A stretch of DNA of 64,000 bases from Eledone cirrhosa. Its lineage: Eukaryota. Positions 14,974 to 29,989 of this stretch are shown one piece after another. The stretch covers positions 130,572,001 to 130,636,000 of the forward strand of contig OZ024745.1 of NCBI GenBank assembly GCA_964016885.1, in the 5' to 3' direction. The translations under genes were made by a program, and so were the position numbers. The notes beneath the pieces were generated by a model, which searched no databases, had not been told where the DNA came from, and saw only the letters and a program-made list of their open reading frames with translations. Numbering within the stretch: position 1 is the stretch's first letter; each line of letters begins with the position of its first letter.

Positions 14974-15585
14974 ATGGTGGCTGCCAACTCGTTTTCGAGT
15001 ACGGCCACTACTTTATATCCATGTAGGAGAACCCCTACCGAAGCGCTGAACGAGTGTGACTTTTTAGTCCAGCCAGCGACTTGAAAACTCTGGTACAAAC
15101 ACTACACTTGTGACAATTATTGACACATAGTGCTGGGCCCATGGTACCATGTGAGGACAAGTGCAGAGAGATCTCCAGATATAAAGCAATGCCTGTGCCG
15201 TGAAGCTTTTATAGTGAGCAAAGGCACTGCACAAAGCCAGTCCCACTCTCTTAACCAAGATGATATTTACCAAAAAGAAGAACAAGTCAACATCATTGGA
15301 TACCATCAGGGTTGCAGGTGTTATATCAGAGTTTTCCTTCTCCTAGAATTCTGCCTTGACAAAGGCTAAGGGGTCATCTCTCCCGGTGATTTTGGATGGC
15401 CATTGACTCTTAAGAGCTCCTTTGCCCTTTGACAGGTTTTGTTTTTAGTCCTGCAGGATGTCCAAAGTCACCCTCCTCACCAAGAAACCTTGGTGGGGTT
15501 GCCAGTTTAGTCGCCAACGACCCGACCATGAGACAGGTTGTACTGGGATACATGTTACCAGTAGCACCAACTGGTGACCTGACAT
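14974..15585 (-). mobile_element. RTE-derived non-coding repeat, about 610 bp
   Basis: Homologous to about 22030-22484 and 40310-40601, sharing the terminus GACCTGACAT with the former. Flanked by (TACA)n. Confidence 0.7.
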
Positions 15586-18681
<3,096 letters not shown>

Positions 18682-20274
18682 CAATGGCGGGCATTATTCT
18701 AACAAAGAAAACGAGGATCATTAGCCTTTTTTTTCATCATCTTGTCTAACTCCGCCATATTTGTTACACTGTCCGTTATCGAACATCAACCAAACAAACA
18801 ACATTGACAAAGACGCCATCATAACTATCATAACAATCTGTGCACCGCCATGTTCAGCACATTCCCACCTCTAATTATGTCATTCACTTTATGGCAATAC
18901 TGTCAACAGGATTAGGTCCACCATTATTAACTTAATCCTACCACAAAATGTTAACATTACCATTAGCAACATTAACAAATGAACAAAAGACAGTGTTGAT
19001 GGTGATGATGATGATGATGATGATGGCGAAGAAAAAGAAGAAGAAGAAGAAGAAGAAGAAGAAGAAGAAGAAGAAGAAGAAGAAGAAGAAGAAGAAGAAG
19101 AAGAAGAAGACAACAACGATAAAAACAGACAGAAAATAAATCAGAAATAAGAATAGAGAATGACATCAGGACTCATAACAGCAACAACAAAAAAGTGACT
19201 AATAATTGCAAAATAAAATAGAAAACATAACGAATTGATTTCTACAAAAGTTCATTCTGATCAATTTTCTGTCAATCCGTCGTTCCTCCCTTGCTTTTTG
19301 TTCTTATTTTATGTTTTTCATTCGTTTTTTTTTTCCATTTATTCATGTCTGTATTTTTGTGTCATTAATAGAAGTAGTTTTCTGATAGCAAATTTTCTTC
19401 ACCGCCATTTGACATTATGTGAAGGTGATAATTAAAATATCGAAACATTTTAGGTTTTATTTTTTTTTATTTCTAATTTGTTGTTTGTTTTGGTTTTTGT
19501 TTTTTTTTTTGTTGATGGGAGGAATTCATTTTCGCAAATATATCAAAATTATACCTTCCTGTTTTTTTTTTTCATTTAGTTTACTACCATAAATTTACTT
19601 CATTTCGATCAGAAATATATATAAACATTACAAGTCTTGAATTTCCATCATTGGTCAAAAGAAATGGAGCTAAATTTCCTTATTTTCTCCTAAACATTGT
19701 TGATATATATTTACTTAACAATTCATTTAGTTATTACTTTGATGATATTATTTTGTGGGCTCTTACCTCTATTCTTCCAAGATTCCAGAAACTAGGTGAA
19801 AACAAACAATTACAGAATTCTCATTAATTTGTTCTTTGAAATTAAATAATATGTTCTTATTTTAATGTTTTTTTGTTGTAAAAGGGTTTATAATAAATTT
19901 AAAATGATTTGATTTAAATAAAAAGACATGCCGAAATTATTTCTACATAAAAAATTATATCAAAAATTTTAATTTTTTTTTTTTGGGGGGGGGGGGGGCA
20001 TACTGTTTTGCTATATATCATTAAGGTGGAATTTATTATAAAAGATTGGGAACCGCTGGTCTAGAGGAACATAGGAAAGAGCGTAAAAAATAAAAATAAC
20101 AACACGAGATAGAGTTACCTTGGGAGAGATTTAATTGCCCCTATATTTCGGATCGCATCCATCAACTGGGGGGTGGGGAGTTATCTGTCGGAGAGGAACG
20201 GTACGTGGCCTCTGTTGTCCGCTGTTTGTGTGTAACTGAGATGTTCTGTAGAGCGCATATATATATATATATAG

Positions 20275-20326
<52 letters not shown>

Positions 20327-20456
20327 AATAAATGAAACGAAAGAAAAGAATGCAAGGTTATATTAGGTTCACTCTTGGAGGAAGTCGAGGAGAGTTCAAC
20401 GTTTCTGACAGAAGCCTTTATGCTAAATTTAGGTTTGATCAATACATATAATAAAT

Positions 20457-20602
20457 ACAGTCCCCCCCCCCCCCGGTATTCGCATGGGTCACGTTCCTTG
20501 AGCACGTGCGAAGTGTGTAAGACTGCGAATATTGTACCTCGTCCATAAATATGCCTATAAACGTCAAAACGTAACGTAAAATATAGGCCGGCAAATACGG
20601 TA
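20457..20602. mobile_element. Tigger/pogo-like terminal remnants
   Basis: TA|CAGTCCCCC...CGGTATTCGC...ACGTTCC and TATAGGCCGGCAAATACGG|TA. Confidence 0.4.
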
Positions 20603-20610
20603 TATTGTAC

Positions 20611-21483
20611 TCTGTATATATATAAAATTACGTGTGTGTGTATTACCTATAGGGGCCTACATCTTACGACCGATTTTCATGAAACTTTACAGGCTCATAG
20701 GTTAGTCATCGGGAAGTGTTTTCGATATATCAGCGTATCGTTTCTTTTATTCCGGGGTCATTCTGCAGATAAAAATCGATATGGGTGGGTCACCTTTTTT
20801 TAGGTATCGAAAATTAAGATTTTTGGCTCCAGCTCCCACATTTTGCCACCGATTTCGTTCAAATTTTAAAGCAAAATAGAATTTATCATTGCACATCCTG
20901 TAGTCGCTTTATAATTCGCATTTGTTGCTCAGGGACGGTGTGGCAGCCGCTTAAATATTCAAAAATACCACTTTTAGACTCAAATTTCCACTTTTTCGGC
21001 TCTAGCTCCCATATTAATCAACCTACTTTGTTCCAATTTTACACTATGCTGGATCTGATTATTTCACGTCTTAATGTGGCTTTACATTTTGGATTCTTTT
21101 GTTCAGGAACGGCGTGGCAGCCGGTTAAATATTCGAAAATACCACCTTTTCGCTCAAATTTCCACCTTTTCAGCTCTAGCTCCCACATTTTTCAACCGAT
21201 TTCGTTCAAATTCGCAACTTCGGCTCCACCTCACACGTAAATCAATTTATTTGATCAACTTTTATACTACGATAGAACCTATCATTGCGCATCTTATAGT
21301 AGCTTTACACTATTATTAGCTCCTTCCACCTCCCACATATTCCATACGATTTCACTCAACATTTCGCCATTTGCTACACCTTACGACCGATTTTCAAGAA
21401 ACTCGCAGTCGCTAAGATCAACACCTTTTCATCAAAGCAAATATTAGTTTACCTACACAAGCAATGCTGGGTACTGCTGCTAG
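20611..21483 (+). mobile_element. Non-autonomous Helitron-like element
   Basis: 5' TCTGTATATATATAAAA plus (GT)n; 3' GCAATGCTGGGTACTGCTGCTAG|T; internal subrepeats of about 175 bp (AGCTCCCACATTTT at about 20831, 21005, 21178). Confidence 0.7.
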
Positions 21484-21784
21484 TTAATAATATAACGCTT
21501 AAAAGCATGAAAAAATATATATATGTCACGAAAAAGCCATTAAAAAAATGACGGAAGATATTTACGATTCTGCTAATATGCGGTGGACTCCAAGAATAAT
21601 TATTACTTATGTTCTAAGAAAAATTCCGCGAATATCCGGGACTGCAATTGCCGTGGGTACAATGTGTATATATATATATATATATAACAAGGAACAAAGA
21701 GGGTGTGGTAAGATACCAGGTGTAGCATAATACACCAGAGTACTCGATACTTGGGGTAGTAGAGAGGGCAATAGGAAAAGATTC

Positions 21785-21872
21785 AGGTCCCCGACGTTTG
21801 AGCTCTGGCTCCGGCCGTTTCGACAGCTAGATCTAGCTGTCGCAACGGTCGGAGCTCAGCTGTCGGGGTCCT
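21785..21872. repeat. GC-rich fold-back hairpin
   Basis: Perfect 22-bp palindrome CGACAGCTAGATCTAGCTGTCG (21821-21842), extended by imperfect arms. Confidence 0.85.
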
Positions 21873-22029
21873 CAATCTTTTCATATATATATACACATAT
21901 TTCATACATACATACATACATACATACATACATACATACATACATACATACATACATACATTCATGCAAACTCTACTAAGAATACTGCAATTGCTTGGAG
22001 AATTATAGAGTTTGGTGCACTTTTAGGCT

Positions 22030-22484
22030 ACGGCCAGCCACACGAACCTGCAACAGATCCTGAACAAGCAATGCCTGTACTTTGAATGTTTTCAAAGTGG
22101 GGAACTGCCTTGCACTCTACCAATCCCATTCTCTGAGCATCGAAAACACTACCTGAAAAGGAGAACTGGTCAACATCACCGGTGGCTTCCGAAGCCGCAG
22201 GTTATTTTTCAGAGTTTCCCTCTCTTACAAAGGTGCTGTGACAACAACAAGGGGCCTTTCATTCCCAGGTTAAAAAAGAAAAAAATCTATTTGGATGGCC
22301 GTTGACTCTGCTGAGTTCCACCGCCCTTTGCCTGGTCTTATATTTCATGCCGCAGGGTATCTACATATCACCTTCCTCACCAAGCTAGCTTGGTGACGTT
22401 GCCGGTTTAGTCGCCGACCATCCGACTATGAGAAAGGTTGTACTGGGTTATATGTAACCAGTAGCACTCGAGAGCGACCTGACA
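22030..22484 (-). mobile_element. RTE-derived non-coding repeat, diverged subfamily
   Basis: Colinear with 15180-15585 (TTTGGATGGCC, CACCAAG..CTTGGTG, TTTAGTCGCC, GGTTGTACTGGG, GACCTGACAT). Confidence 0.7.
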
Positions 22485-22699
22485 TACATACATATGGGTG
22501 TATGTGTGTGTATGTGTGTGTGTAGATTTAGGTAAGTGCTAGTATGTATATCCTGATGGTTGTCCTTATTTGTTGATGTAGAATATTTGAATTAAAAGAT
22601 GAAGCTGATATACTTCTCCCTGAAAACCTTTAGATGTCAGTATAGCATTGACGACACAAAAGATGCTTTGTAATCAGATGTAAATATGTCGCTTTATTT

Positions 22700-23085
22700 C
22701 CGTGTGTGCTTCGAGTGTGTGAGGCCTCCGTATGAGTGTGTGTATGTGTGTGAGAGAGTGTGTGTGAATGTATGAGAGTGTGTGTGTATGTGTGAGAGCG
22801 TGTGTATGTATGTGAGTGAGTGTGTGTGTGTATGTGTGTATGTGTGTCAGTGTGTTAGTGAGAGAGTGTCTGTGTGTGCGTCAGTGCGTATGAGTGTGTG
22901 TGTATGTGTGTGTTTGTTTTTGTGTGTGTGTAAAGGAGGAATGTTTATTTGTCAGTGTCTGTGTGTGTGAATGTTTGTATGTGTGTATGTCTGTGTGAGT
23001 GTAAGTCTGCGTGTGTGTATATGTGTGTATATGTGCAAGTGTGTGTGCGTATGTGGTCTGTGTGTGCGTGTCTATGTGCGTATAG
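22700..23085. repeat. Degenerate (GT)n tract
   Basis: Direct inspection. Confidence 0.9.
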
Positions 23086-23581
23086 AAATATATATATATG
23101 ATTGCGGAAATCATCTCAACAAAATAGGTAAAGCCATAAAAGAGACAAACTGCAATGGAACCGTTTGATGGCAACAATATCTTCCCAATAACAATACATC
23201 ACCAACAAGAATGGTGTTTCCGAAGAATATAGATCCTAAGGCAAGTGTTGAAAATACTTTTGAAAATAAAGACATAAACATTGTAAACTCTAGATTTGAA
23301 GAAACAATTTCATTTTAATGTGACATTCTTAAATATAATGAATAGCAGGAAATCCTGTTTTAAATATTAGAAAAACGAAAAAGAAATCTACTCAAAATAT
23401 GATCCTGGGCGAGAAGACATGACTGTGAAGTTTATGGCTTCGCATCACAATGGTATCGATCACTCTACACGGCACCTTAGGCAATAATCTGATAACCTTA
23501 GCATCAAAATTGACGTTTGCCTTCAGTTCTATTAAACAGATGAATCTTAGCGAGCCATTCCCTTTGAGCACACACACACAC

Positions 23582-23633
<52 letters not shown>

Positions 23634-23637
<4 letters not shown>

Positions 23638-23978
23638 CGTTTCTGAATTTGTTTAGCAAGATTCTTTATCTGAAATCGTGTGTTGAAACCGATATTGTTA
23701 TACTTTGGGAGGGTCATGTTGCCAATAAGAAACACACGCACCAGTTGCTTTCACTTCAATTTATTATATATTTATAAAGAAAGGAATCCCCAGTCACTGA
23801 AGAGGTCACAGAGTGTGTGACGAAAGAACTATGACTATATATAAACAACTATCTGGTTGTGGAACCAACCAACCAACCAGAAATTTATAAATATGTAAAT
23901 TTATAAATATATAATAAATTGAAGTGAAAGCAACTGGTGCGTGTGTTTCTTATTGGCAACATGACCCTCCCAAAGTAT

Positions 23979-23986
<8 letters not shown>
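23634..23986 (+). mobile_element. Fold-back PLE-type element, family A (inverted arms about 23692-23778 and 23900-23985)
   Basis: Arms are reverse complements, the spacer holds an HHR, and both sides are (TA)n. Monomer at about 40760-41024. Confidence 0.8.
23792..23836 (+). ncRNA. Minimal type-I hammerhead ribozyme motif
   Basis: AGTCA-CTGAAGA-G-GTCAC(agagtgt)GTGAC-GAAA-GAAC-TA-TGACT: intact core with perfect stems I and II. Confidence 0.85.
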
Positions 23987-24046
<60 letters not shown>

Positions 24047-24070
24047 AACAGTCTTCAAATTTATTATTAT

Positions 24071-24117
<47 letters not shown>

Positions 24118-24135
24118 TATATACATATATATATA

Positions 24136-24260
24136 TTTATTAAAATAACAGATTAAAGTTTAAGCAAAGAATCGCTGCTTTCGCCATTAACGGCATCTTA
24201 TGAAACTAAAAAAATCAATCTGTGAATCAGAAGTAAATATTTCGAAAAGCGTTGCAACCG
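24136..24260 (-). mobile_element. Family B PLE-type fragment with variant hammerhead-like motif
   Basis: Shares TTAAAATAACAGATTAAAGTTTAAGCAAAGAATCGCTGCTTTC with the copies at about 24894 and 60864. Confidence 0.6.
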
Positions 24261-24796
24261 AAGGAAAACAGGAAGACGATACTTTGGTTCGTGGAAACGT
24301 TCCCTGGCAAAGAACGGAAAAAACGAAGATAATACGTCATTATTTGGAGCAGTTAAAACAATTACATATACATATATATATATCGGTATGTGGTTGACGG
24401 ATGGGGAAAAGGGGTACTCAGTACGAAGTAAATATTTAATATTTATTTTATTAAGGCTGAATAGAGATTCTTTTAACTCTGAAGTTTCGCCTGTTTATTT
24501 CATGGTCAACAATCAAACAAGCTGACCTTATGATAAACACGACTATGGAACATATGTAAATACTAGAAATAAATCTTACTGTATTGCAAATCTGCGTGAG
24601 GGTACGCAATGCGAAATGTAGAATTTCTGGTCAACGTTATTAAGTTAGATAAAAGGAGCTGTTAGGAAGAAAATATATCACTAAATACTTCATATGTATA
24701 ATTATATATATAATAACTATCTCTCTCTCTATATATAATTGGTTTGGATGCTTAAAGTGTCCGTATGCGGTAGGCATATATATATATATATATATA

Positions 24797-25108
24797 TATA
24801 GTAATAATAATAAATGTGAAGACTAAAATCCGAAGAGGGCGCAATAAGGATAATATATATATCAAAATATAAAAAAAACAGACCAAATATTTCTTAAAAT
24901 AACAGATTAAAGTTTAAGCAAAGAATCGCTGCTTTCATCCTTAACGGGATCTTCTGAAACTTAAGAGTAAAAGTACCGATTCTTTGATTAAACTTTAATC
25001 TGTTATTTTAATAAATATTTGCTCTACGGTTCTTATATATTTGATATATTTTTATCCTTATCGAGTCTTCTTTGGATTTTAGTCTTCAAATGTATTGTTA
25101 TTACTATA
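24797..25108. mobile_element. Fold-back element, family B (arms about 24797-24928 and 24977-25108)
   Basis: Arms are imperfect reverse complements, embedded in (TA)n. Other copies at 60770-60976 and about 37172-37238. Confidence 0.75.
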
Positions 25109-25302
25109 TATATATATATAAATATATTTTTAATTTTATTTTTTTTAGTATATGTTGGTTGTATACCAACACCTCATGTGCAGATTGGAGCACTCGACGA
25201 AGTGCGCAGGTTGGTGTGGTTACTCCGGAGTAATGTAAAATAAAATAAAATAAATAAGTCAAATGTTTAAAATTTGGCTTCGTTTATTACTGCTATATAT
25301 TT

Positions 25303-25364
<62 letters not shown>

Positions 25365-26654
25365 ATATATATGTATGTGTATATATAAACGGATAAAGGC
25401 ACATGTATTCACACACATTACACACATGAGCATATATATAAGATATATATGTATGTATATATGCATGTGTCTGTATGATATTTATGCGTGTCTATATGTT
25501 ATTGTTCTCTATCTATATGTACTAACGAAATGTAAACGTAAGCCACAATGCCGAAACAACTGTATCGTTGAATAAAAATACGTGGTATATTATTTCATCC
25601 ACCGAACATAATACACATCTTTCAATCTCGCTATCTGATAAGAAAGGTAGATCCAAGTATAGTCAATTCATATACTAACATTACAGAAATATATACGAAT
25701 TTTCCTAAAGTATGATCTCTTTTACAGGAACCATGCCTGCTTTCTTGTCATTATCTTGGTAATATTTCGCTCCAAAAATATCAATTGCTGAAAGGAATAA
25801 TGTTTAGAAAGCGGCAGGCGATGTTTGAAAATTGAAATAGAAGGTTTTGCTGTAAAATTTGTTTAAATAAAATAGTCAAATACCGGGGCGTATAAACCAA
25901 CTGAACGAAAGCAGATGGATATCAGCCCAGTTATAAATCTATGTTATTTAATGAAATATTACAGCGAAGCCATCTATTTCAATTGTCAAGTATCAATTAG
26001 AGAGTTTGAGATATTAGGCTTCTATTTTTTAAGATCTAAACATGGCGATCTCAATCATTACGACTACAGAATAATTATATTAAGAAATATTTTCTATGTA
26101 TGACGAGGGTATATTTAATGAAGAGGGAAGCTTAAGATTGATATGTATGAAACTGGCCTATCCCTAAACTACGTTTTTTATATCCACGTCCATCCGACAG
26201 TAAAGAAAGTATTTAGTTTTAGAGGTAATGGTGAATACGTAACAGCAATTAACACCTGCGTTCTTGAAATGGTCAAAGGAGTGCTCAAAGAGATTGACAG
26301 AGTGACAATAAATAGTTTGACCATATATAAAGCATCTAAGACACAGTCGGGATTGGTTATATCTATCAAGTAAAGAAGGTGGGAGAGGCTAAGATTTTGT
26401 TGGTATAGCAGAACGTAACCTGGAGAAATATGAGATGAAACGTTCAGAAGGATTAGAAGTAGAAGCGCATAAAATATATTTTAAAAAAAGGTGAAAGTAC
26501 GTAATGATTATATAGTCTGTTGTTATTAATCCTTTCACAACTGACCACTCACTTATCATCTCATTTCAATATAAGTCTGTTGTAGCATGCATATTAACAG
26601 GCTAATATTGTATCCGAACACGGAAGAGCCAAACTCCCACTGTCATCCCCTCAA

Positions 26655-26786
26655 TCTCTCTCGCCCTCTCCATCTTTCAGTATTATAAGCAAATGGGGTC
26701 CCACGTGCTGGCCGCCCCACAGCCCCGGCGGACAGAATGGAGAAGGCGTTTCTCCGGAGGATGGTAAGGGAGATGCGTTGGAAAGA
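26655..26786. repeat. GC-rich dispersed repeat, about 130 bp
   Basis: Second copy at 53222-53349 (CCACGTG.TGGCCGC.CCAC.GCCCCGGCGGACAGAATGGAGAAGG). Confidence 0.85.
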
Positions 26787-26977
26787 TTTATATTTGCAAC
26801 AGTGAGGTGGGGGTGGGGAATCAATGTAGTGAACGTTGAAAGAACAGAAAGATACAAACGCGAGACGAAAGTGGTTAAAATTTGTCGATCGACTTTCGTC
26901 AATTCGGACCGAGGAAACAATGTTTCCGTTGGTCTTTCCAATTGCTAATACTATCTATCGGTCGCAACTCCCAGTAG

Positions 26978-27100
26978 AAGGAGCAACGTGAAATAAAGTG
27001 TCTTGCTCAAGGACATAACGCATCGCCTGGTCCAGGAATCGAACTGAGAACCCCACGATTGCGAATCCAGTTCTCTAACCAATCAGCCACACGCCTTTAC
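26978..27100 (-). mobile_element. tRNA-derived CORE-type SINE, 5' part
   Basis: Minus strand: A-box GTGGCTGATTGGTTAGAG, B-box GTTCGATTCC, then GTTATGTCCTTGAGCAAGACACTT (CORE-like). Confidence 0.75.
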
Positions 27101-27129
27101 ACAAAGTGGTAAGAGAAAGACATATTTCA

Positions 27130-27750
27130 GGAAAAAATGTCCATGGACAATATTTGAGAAGAATGAAGGAATTAGGAGCAAAGAAATCTTGGATTTAGCA
27201 GCAAAATTGTGAGACGAATAAAGAAACTGAAGATCTTAACATATCTACCTAATTACAAGCTTTACGGACTAATCTTATTAAAGCGAAAGTAGACAAAATA
27301 TTGAGAATACCAAATGCAGAATGTGCAATGAGGAGGGCAAGTTTGTAACCCACCTTGTATGTTGATGTACTTGCTTGGTACATAAAGCATAAGCGTTGCC
27401 ATGATTGTGTAGCTAGGGTGTAGTAAAACAGAGGGTTAGAAGTGGGTGTTAAATGGTAACCCCCAGCAGAGTCTGTTGTTGATAATGGCAGGTTCAATGT
27501 GCATTCGTATTTTACAATCCAAACAAATCAAGAAATATTGGTTAAAATTACCTGTCATAGTGATTATAAAGAAATGGCTCAAACGGGTATATAATTGTTG
27601 ATACAGGTATTTCTGATGAAAAGAACGTAACAAACAAGGACCAGGGAAAACATAGAAAGATTACTGAAAGACATGGGAATCACAATAAACGTAGCAACAA
27701 AAGGCTGCCTTATGGATTCAACAAGAACCATCAGAATGTCCTCTGTTATT
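27130..27750 (+). pseudogene. Decayed C-terminus of an R4/Dong-type RLE non-LTR retrotransposon ORF
   Basis: Translation across stops and frameshifts gives KNVHGQY..KSW..KETE..QALRTNLIKAKVDK..KCRMC....THLVC*C..HDCVARV, and a C-terminal QKAAL..RTIR. This matches the HGQ / QAL / CCHC zinc knuckle / RHD motif series. Confidence 0.75.
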
Positions 27751-28122
27751 CTAAGAAACTAGCTGCGATCCAACGTTAAAGACAAGAATTCCAATTTATT
27801 TGTGCGAAAGATTCATAACAATTATTTAAAAAAAGTAAAAATAAAAAAATAAAGAAAATGAATAAAACGAAGAAAACAACAACAGCATCATCATCAACAA
27901 CATCAATAGCAGTAATAATGATTTCATTTATTGGCCACAAGGGCCGACATATAGGGGACAATACAAAAGACTGTGACAGTGGGGTTTAACAGAAAAATCG
28001 AGTAAACAATATGAATAACAATAACAATATAAAATACAAGAAATATACAAGAAAAATTCCCCAATGGGGGGGATGACCACCCAGGGTTCGCTCAGGTACC
28101 CAGCAATAACAGTAATAATAAT

Positions 28123-28300
28123 AATTGTTTCTACTTTTGGCACAAGGCCAGCAATTACCAGTACATTACTGGTACTTTATTTTATCGACTCCGTAAGGAT
28201 GAAAGGCAAAGTTAACCTCGACGGGATTGGAACTCAGATCGTAAAGGGACGTAACTATGCTAGAACGCATGGTGTCCAACCCTCTACCGATACCGCCAAT
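28123..28300 (-). mobile_element. tRNA-derived SINE (major family)
   Basis: Full-length match. Confidence 0.9.
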
Positions 28301-28773
28301 TCTAATAAATAAGAATATATTCCTGCTCTCTGAATGCTGACTCATTAATATATTTTTGCAGGTGGTAATATATTATATTGAAGGTGAATCTTATTTGCTT
28401 TCATATCTCACTAGTCTGATGTCATTTTATCCATGGTAGGTTGGCGTCACAATATCACCTTCTTTCCGTTTAACACCTGGTAGTAATTAATGAAATTCTT
28501 TCGTAAAAGAAGAAATATCATTTATGATTATTTCTTAATAATAAGCAACATTTATAACAAGTACGGCAAAATAAAAGGATGCCGCAATCATCATCATCAG
28601 CGACTGTGAAACATGTTCATAACTCATACCTTGATGATGAGAAATACGCTGCTGGAGTCCAGGATTACACGATGATGATGGTGATGATGATGGTGATGAT
28701 GATGAGGCTGATGATGATGATGAAGGTATTAATGGATAGATAAAGGGTTCAACATAATAATGATATATAATCT

Positions 28774-28862
28774 TATATAGGCACAAGGCCAGAAATTTTG
28801 GGAGAGGGGGAAGTCGATTAAATTGACCTCAGTACGTGACAGGTACTTTATTTTATTGACCG
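28774..28862 (-). mobile_element. SINE 3' fragment (long-tail subtype)
   Basis: TATAGGCACAAGGCCAGAAATTTTGGGAGAGGGGGAAGTCGAT..GGTACTTTATTTTATTGACC. Similar subtype at 51017, 56092 and 58960. Confidence 0.75.
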
Positions 28863-28898
28863 CAAATACTCACTTGTTACAATCCACTGACTTCCTAA

Positions 28899-29085
28899 TA
28901 ATTGTTTCTACTTTTGGCATAAAGTCAGCATTTACCCCAGCGTATTACTGGTTACTATATTTTATCGACCCCGTAAGGATGAAAGACAAAGTTAACCTCG
29001 GAAGGATTTGAACTCGGATCATAAAAGGCCGTAACTCTATGCAGCAAAGCATGGCGTCCGACCCTCTACCGATACTGCTAATCCT
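28899..29085 (-). mobile_element. tRNA-derived SINE (major family)
   Basis: Full-length match. Confidence 0.9.
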
Positions 29086-29439
29086 AATACTCTTTTGTTA
29101 CTGTTTGACTTTATTTCCCACGGGAAAAAATAAAGTTGGATACTTTTTCAATAAAAATGACATACATAACACATTTCATATTATAGCTACCCAAGATTCG
29201 TGAGATACATAATGAAGATTGCACCATAATATATGAGATATAAATAGAATTTCACATGCTAACTAACATTTCATATATGAATTACATATTATATTTCGTA
29301 TTATATATACTGATATATGACATACATATTATATTTCACATCATATATATTGATATATTACATATATAATAAATTCCATATTATACGTGACATGTATTGT
29401 AAAATTATCTCCATTATATACAGAAGATAGATGATATAT

Positions 29440-29935
29440 AACATAAATTTCACGCTTTTATGCTATACATGTCATGCATGATATACGGCAGAGATTTCAC
29501 AGTGTTATGCTAAAAATGTGATGCATGATATATAGAATAGATTGCATACTATTATGCTAAACATGCAATGCATGATATACAGCATATATTTCACACTATT
29601 ATACTTTACATGTGATACATGATATACAGCATAGATTTCACAGTTATACTATACATGATATACAGCATAGATTTCACAGTTATACTATACATGATATACA
29701 GCATAAATTTCACATTTATGCTATACATAATAAACAGCAAAAATTTCACAGTTGTGCTATACATGTTATACAGCATACATTTCACTGTTATGCTATACAT
29801 GTTATACAGCATACATTTCACTGTTATGCTATACATGTTATACAGCATACATTTCACTGTTATGCTATACATGATATACATAATATACAACATAGATTTC
29901 ACGCTTTTGTGCTATATATGTCATACATGATATGG
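29440..29935. repeat. 36-bp minisatellite (ATGATATACAGCATAGATTTCACAGTTATACTATAC), decaying leftward to about 29150
   Basis: Unit starts at 29619, 29655, 29691 ... Confidence 0.9.
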
Positions 29936-29989
29936 AAGATGAAATCATCTGCATTAATATTATTTTTAACACATGGTCCACATTGTTAC

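Noticed and set aside
24470-24535. GCTTGTTT...AAACAGGC-GAAACTTC stem on the minus strand, and a similar partial motif at about 35440-35465
   Set aside because: Core and stem I could not be identified, so too weak to call a ribozyme.
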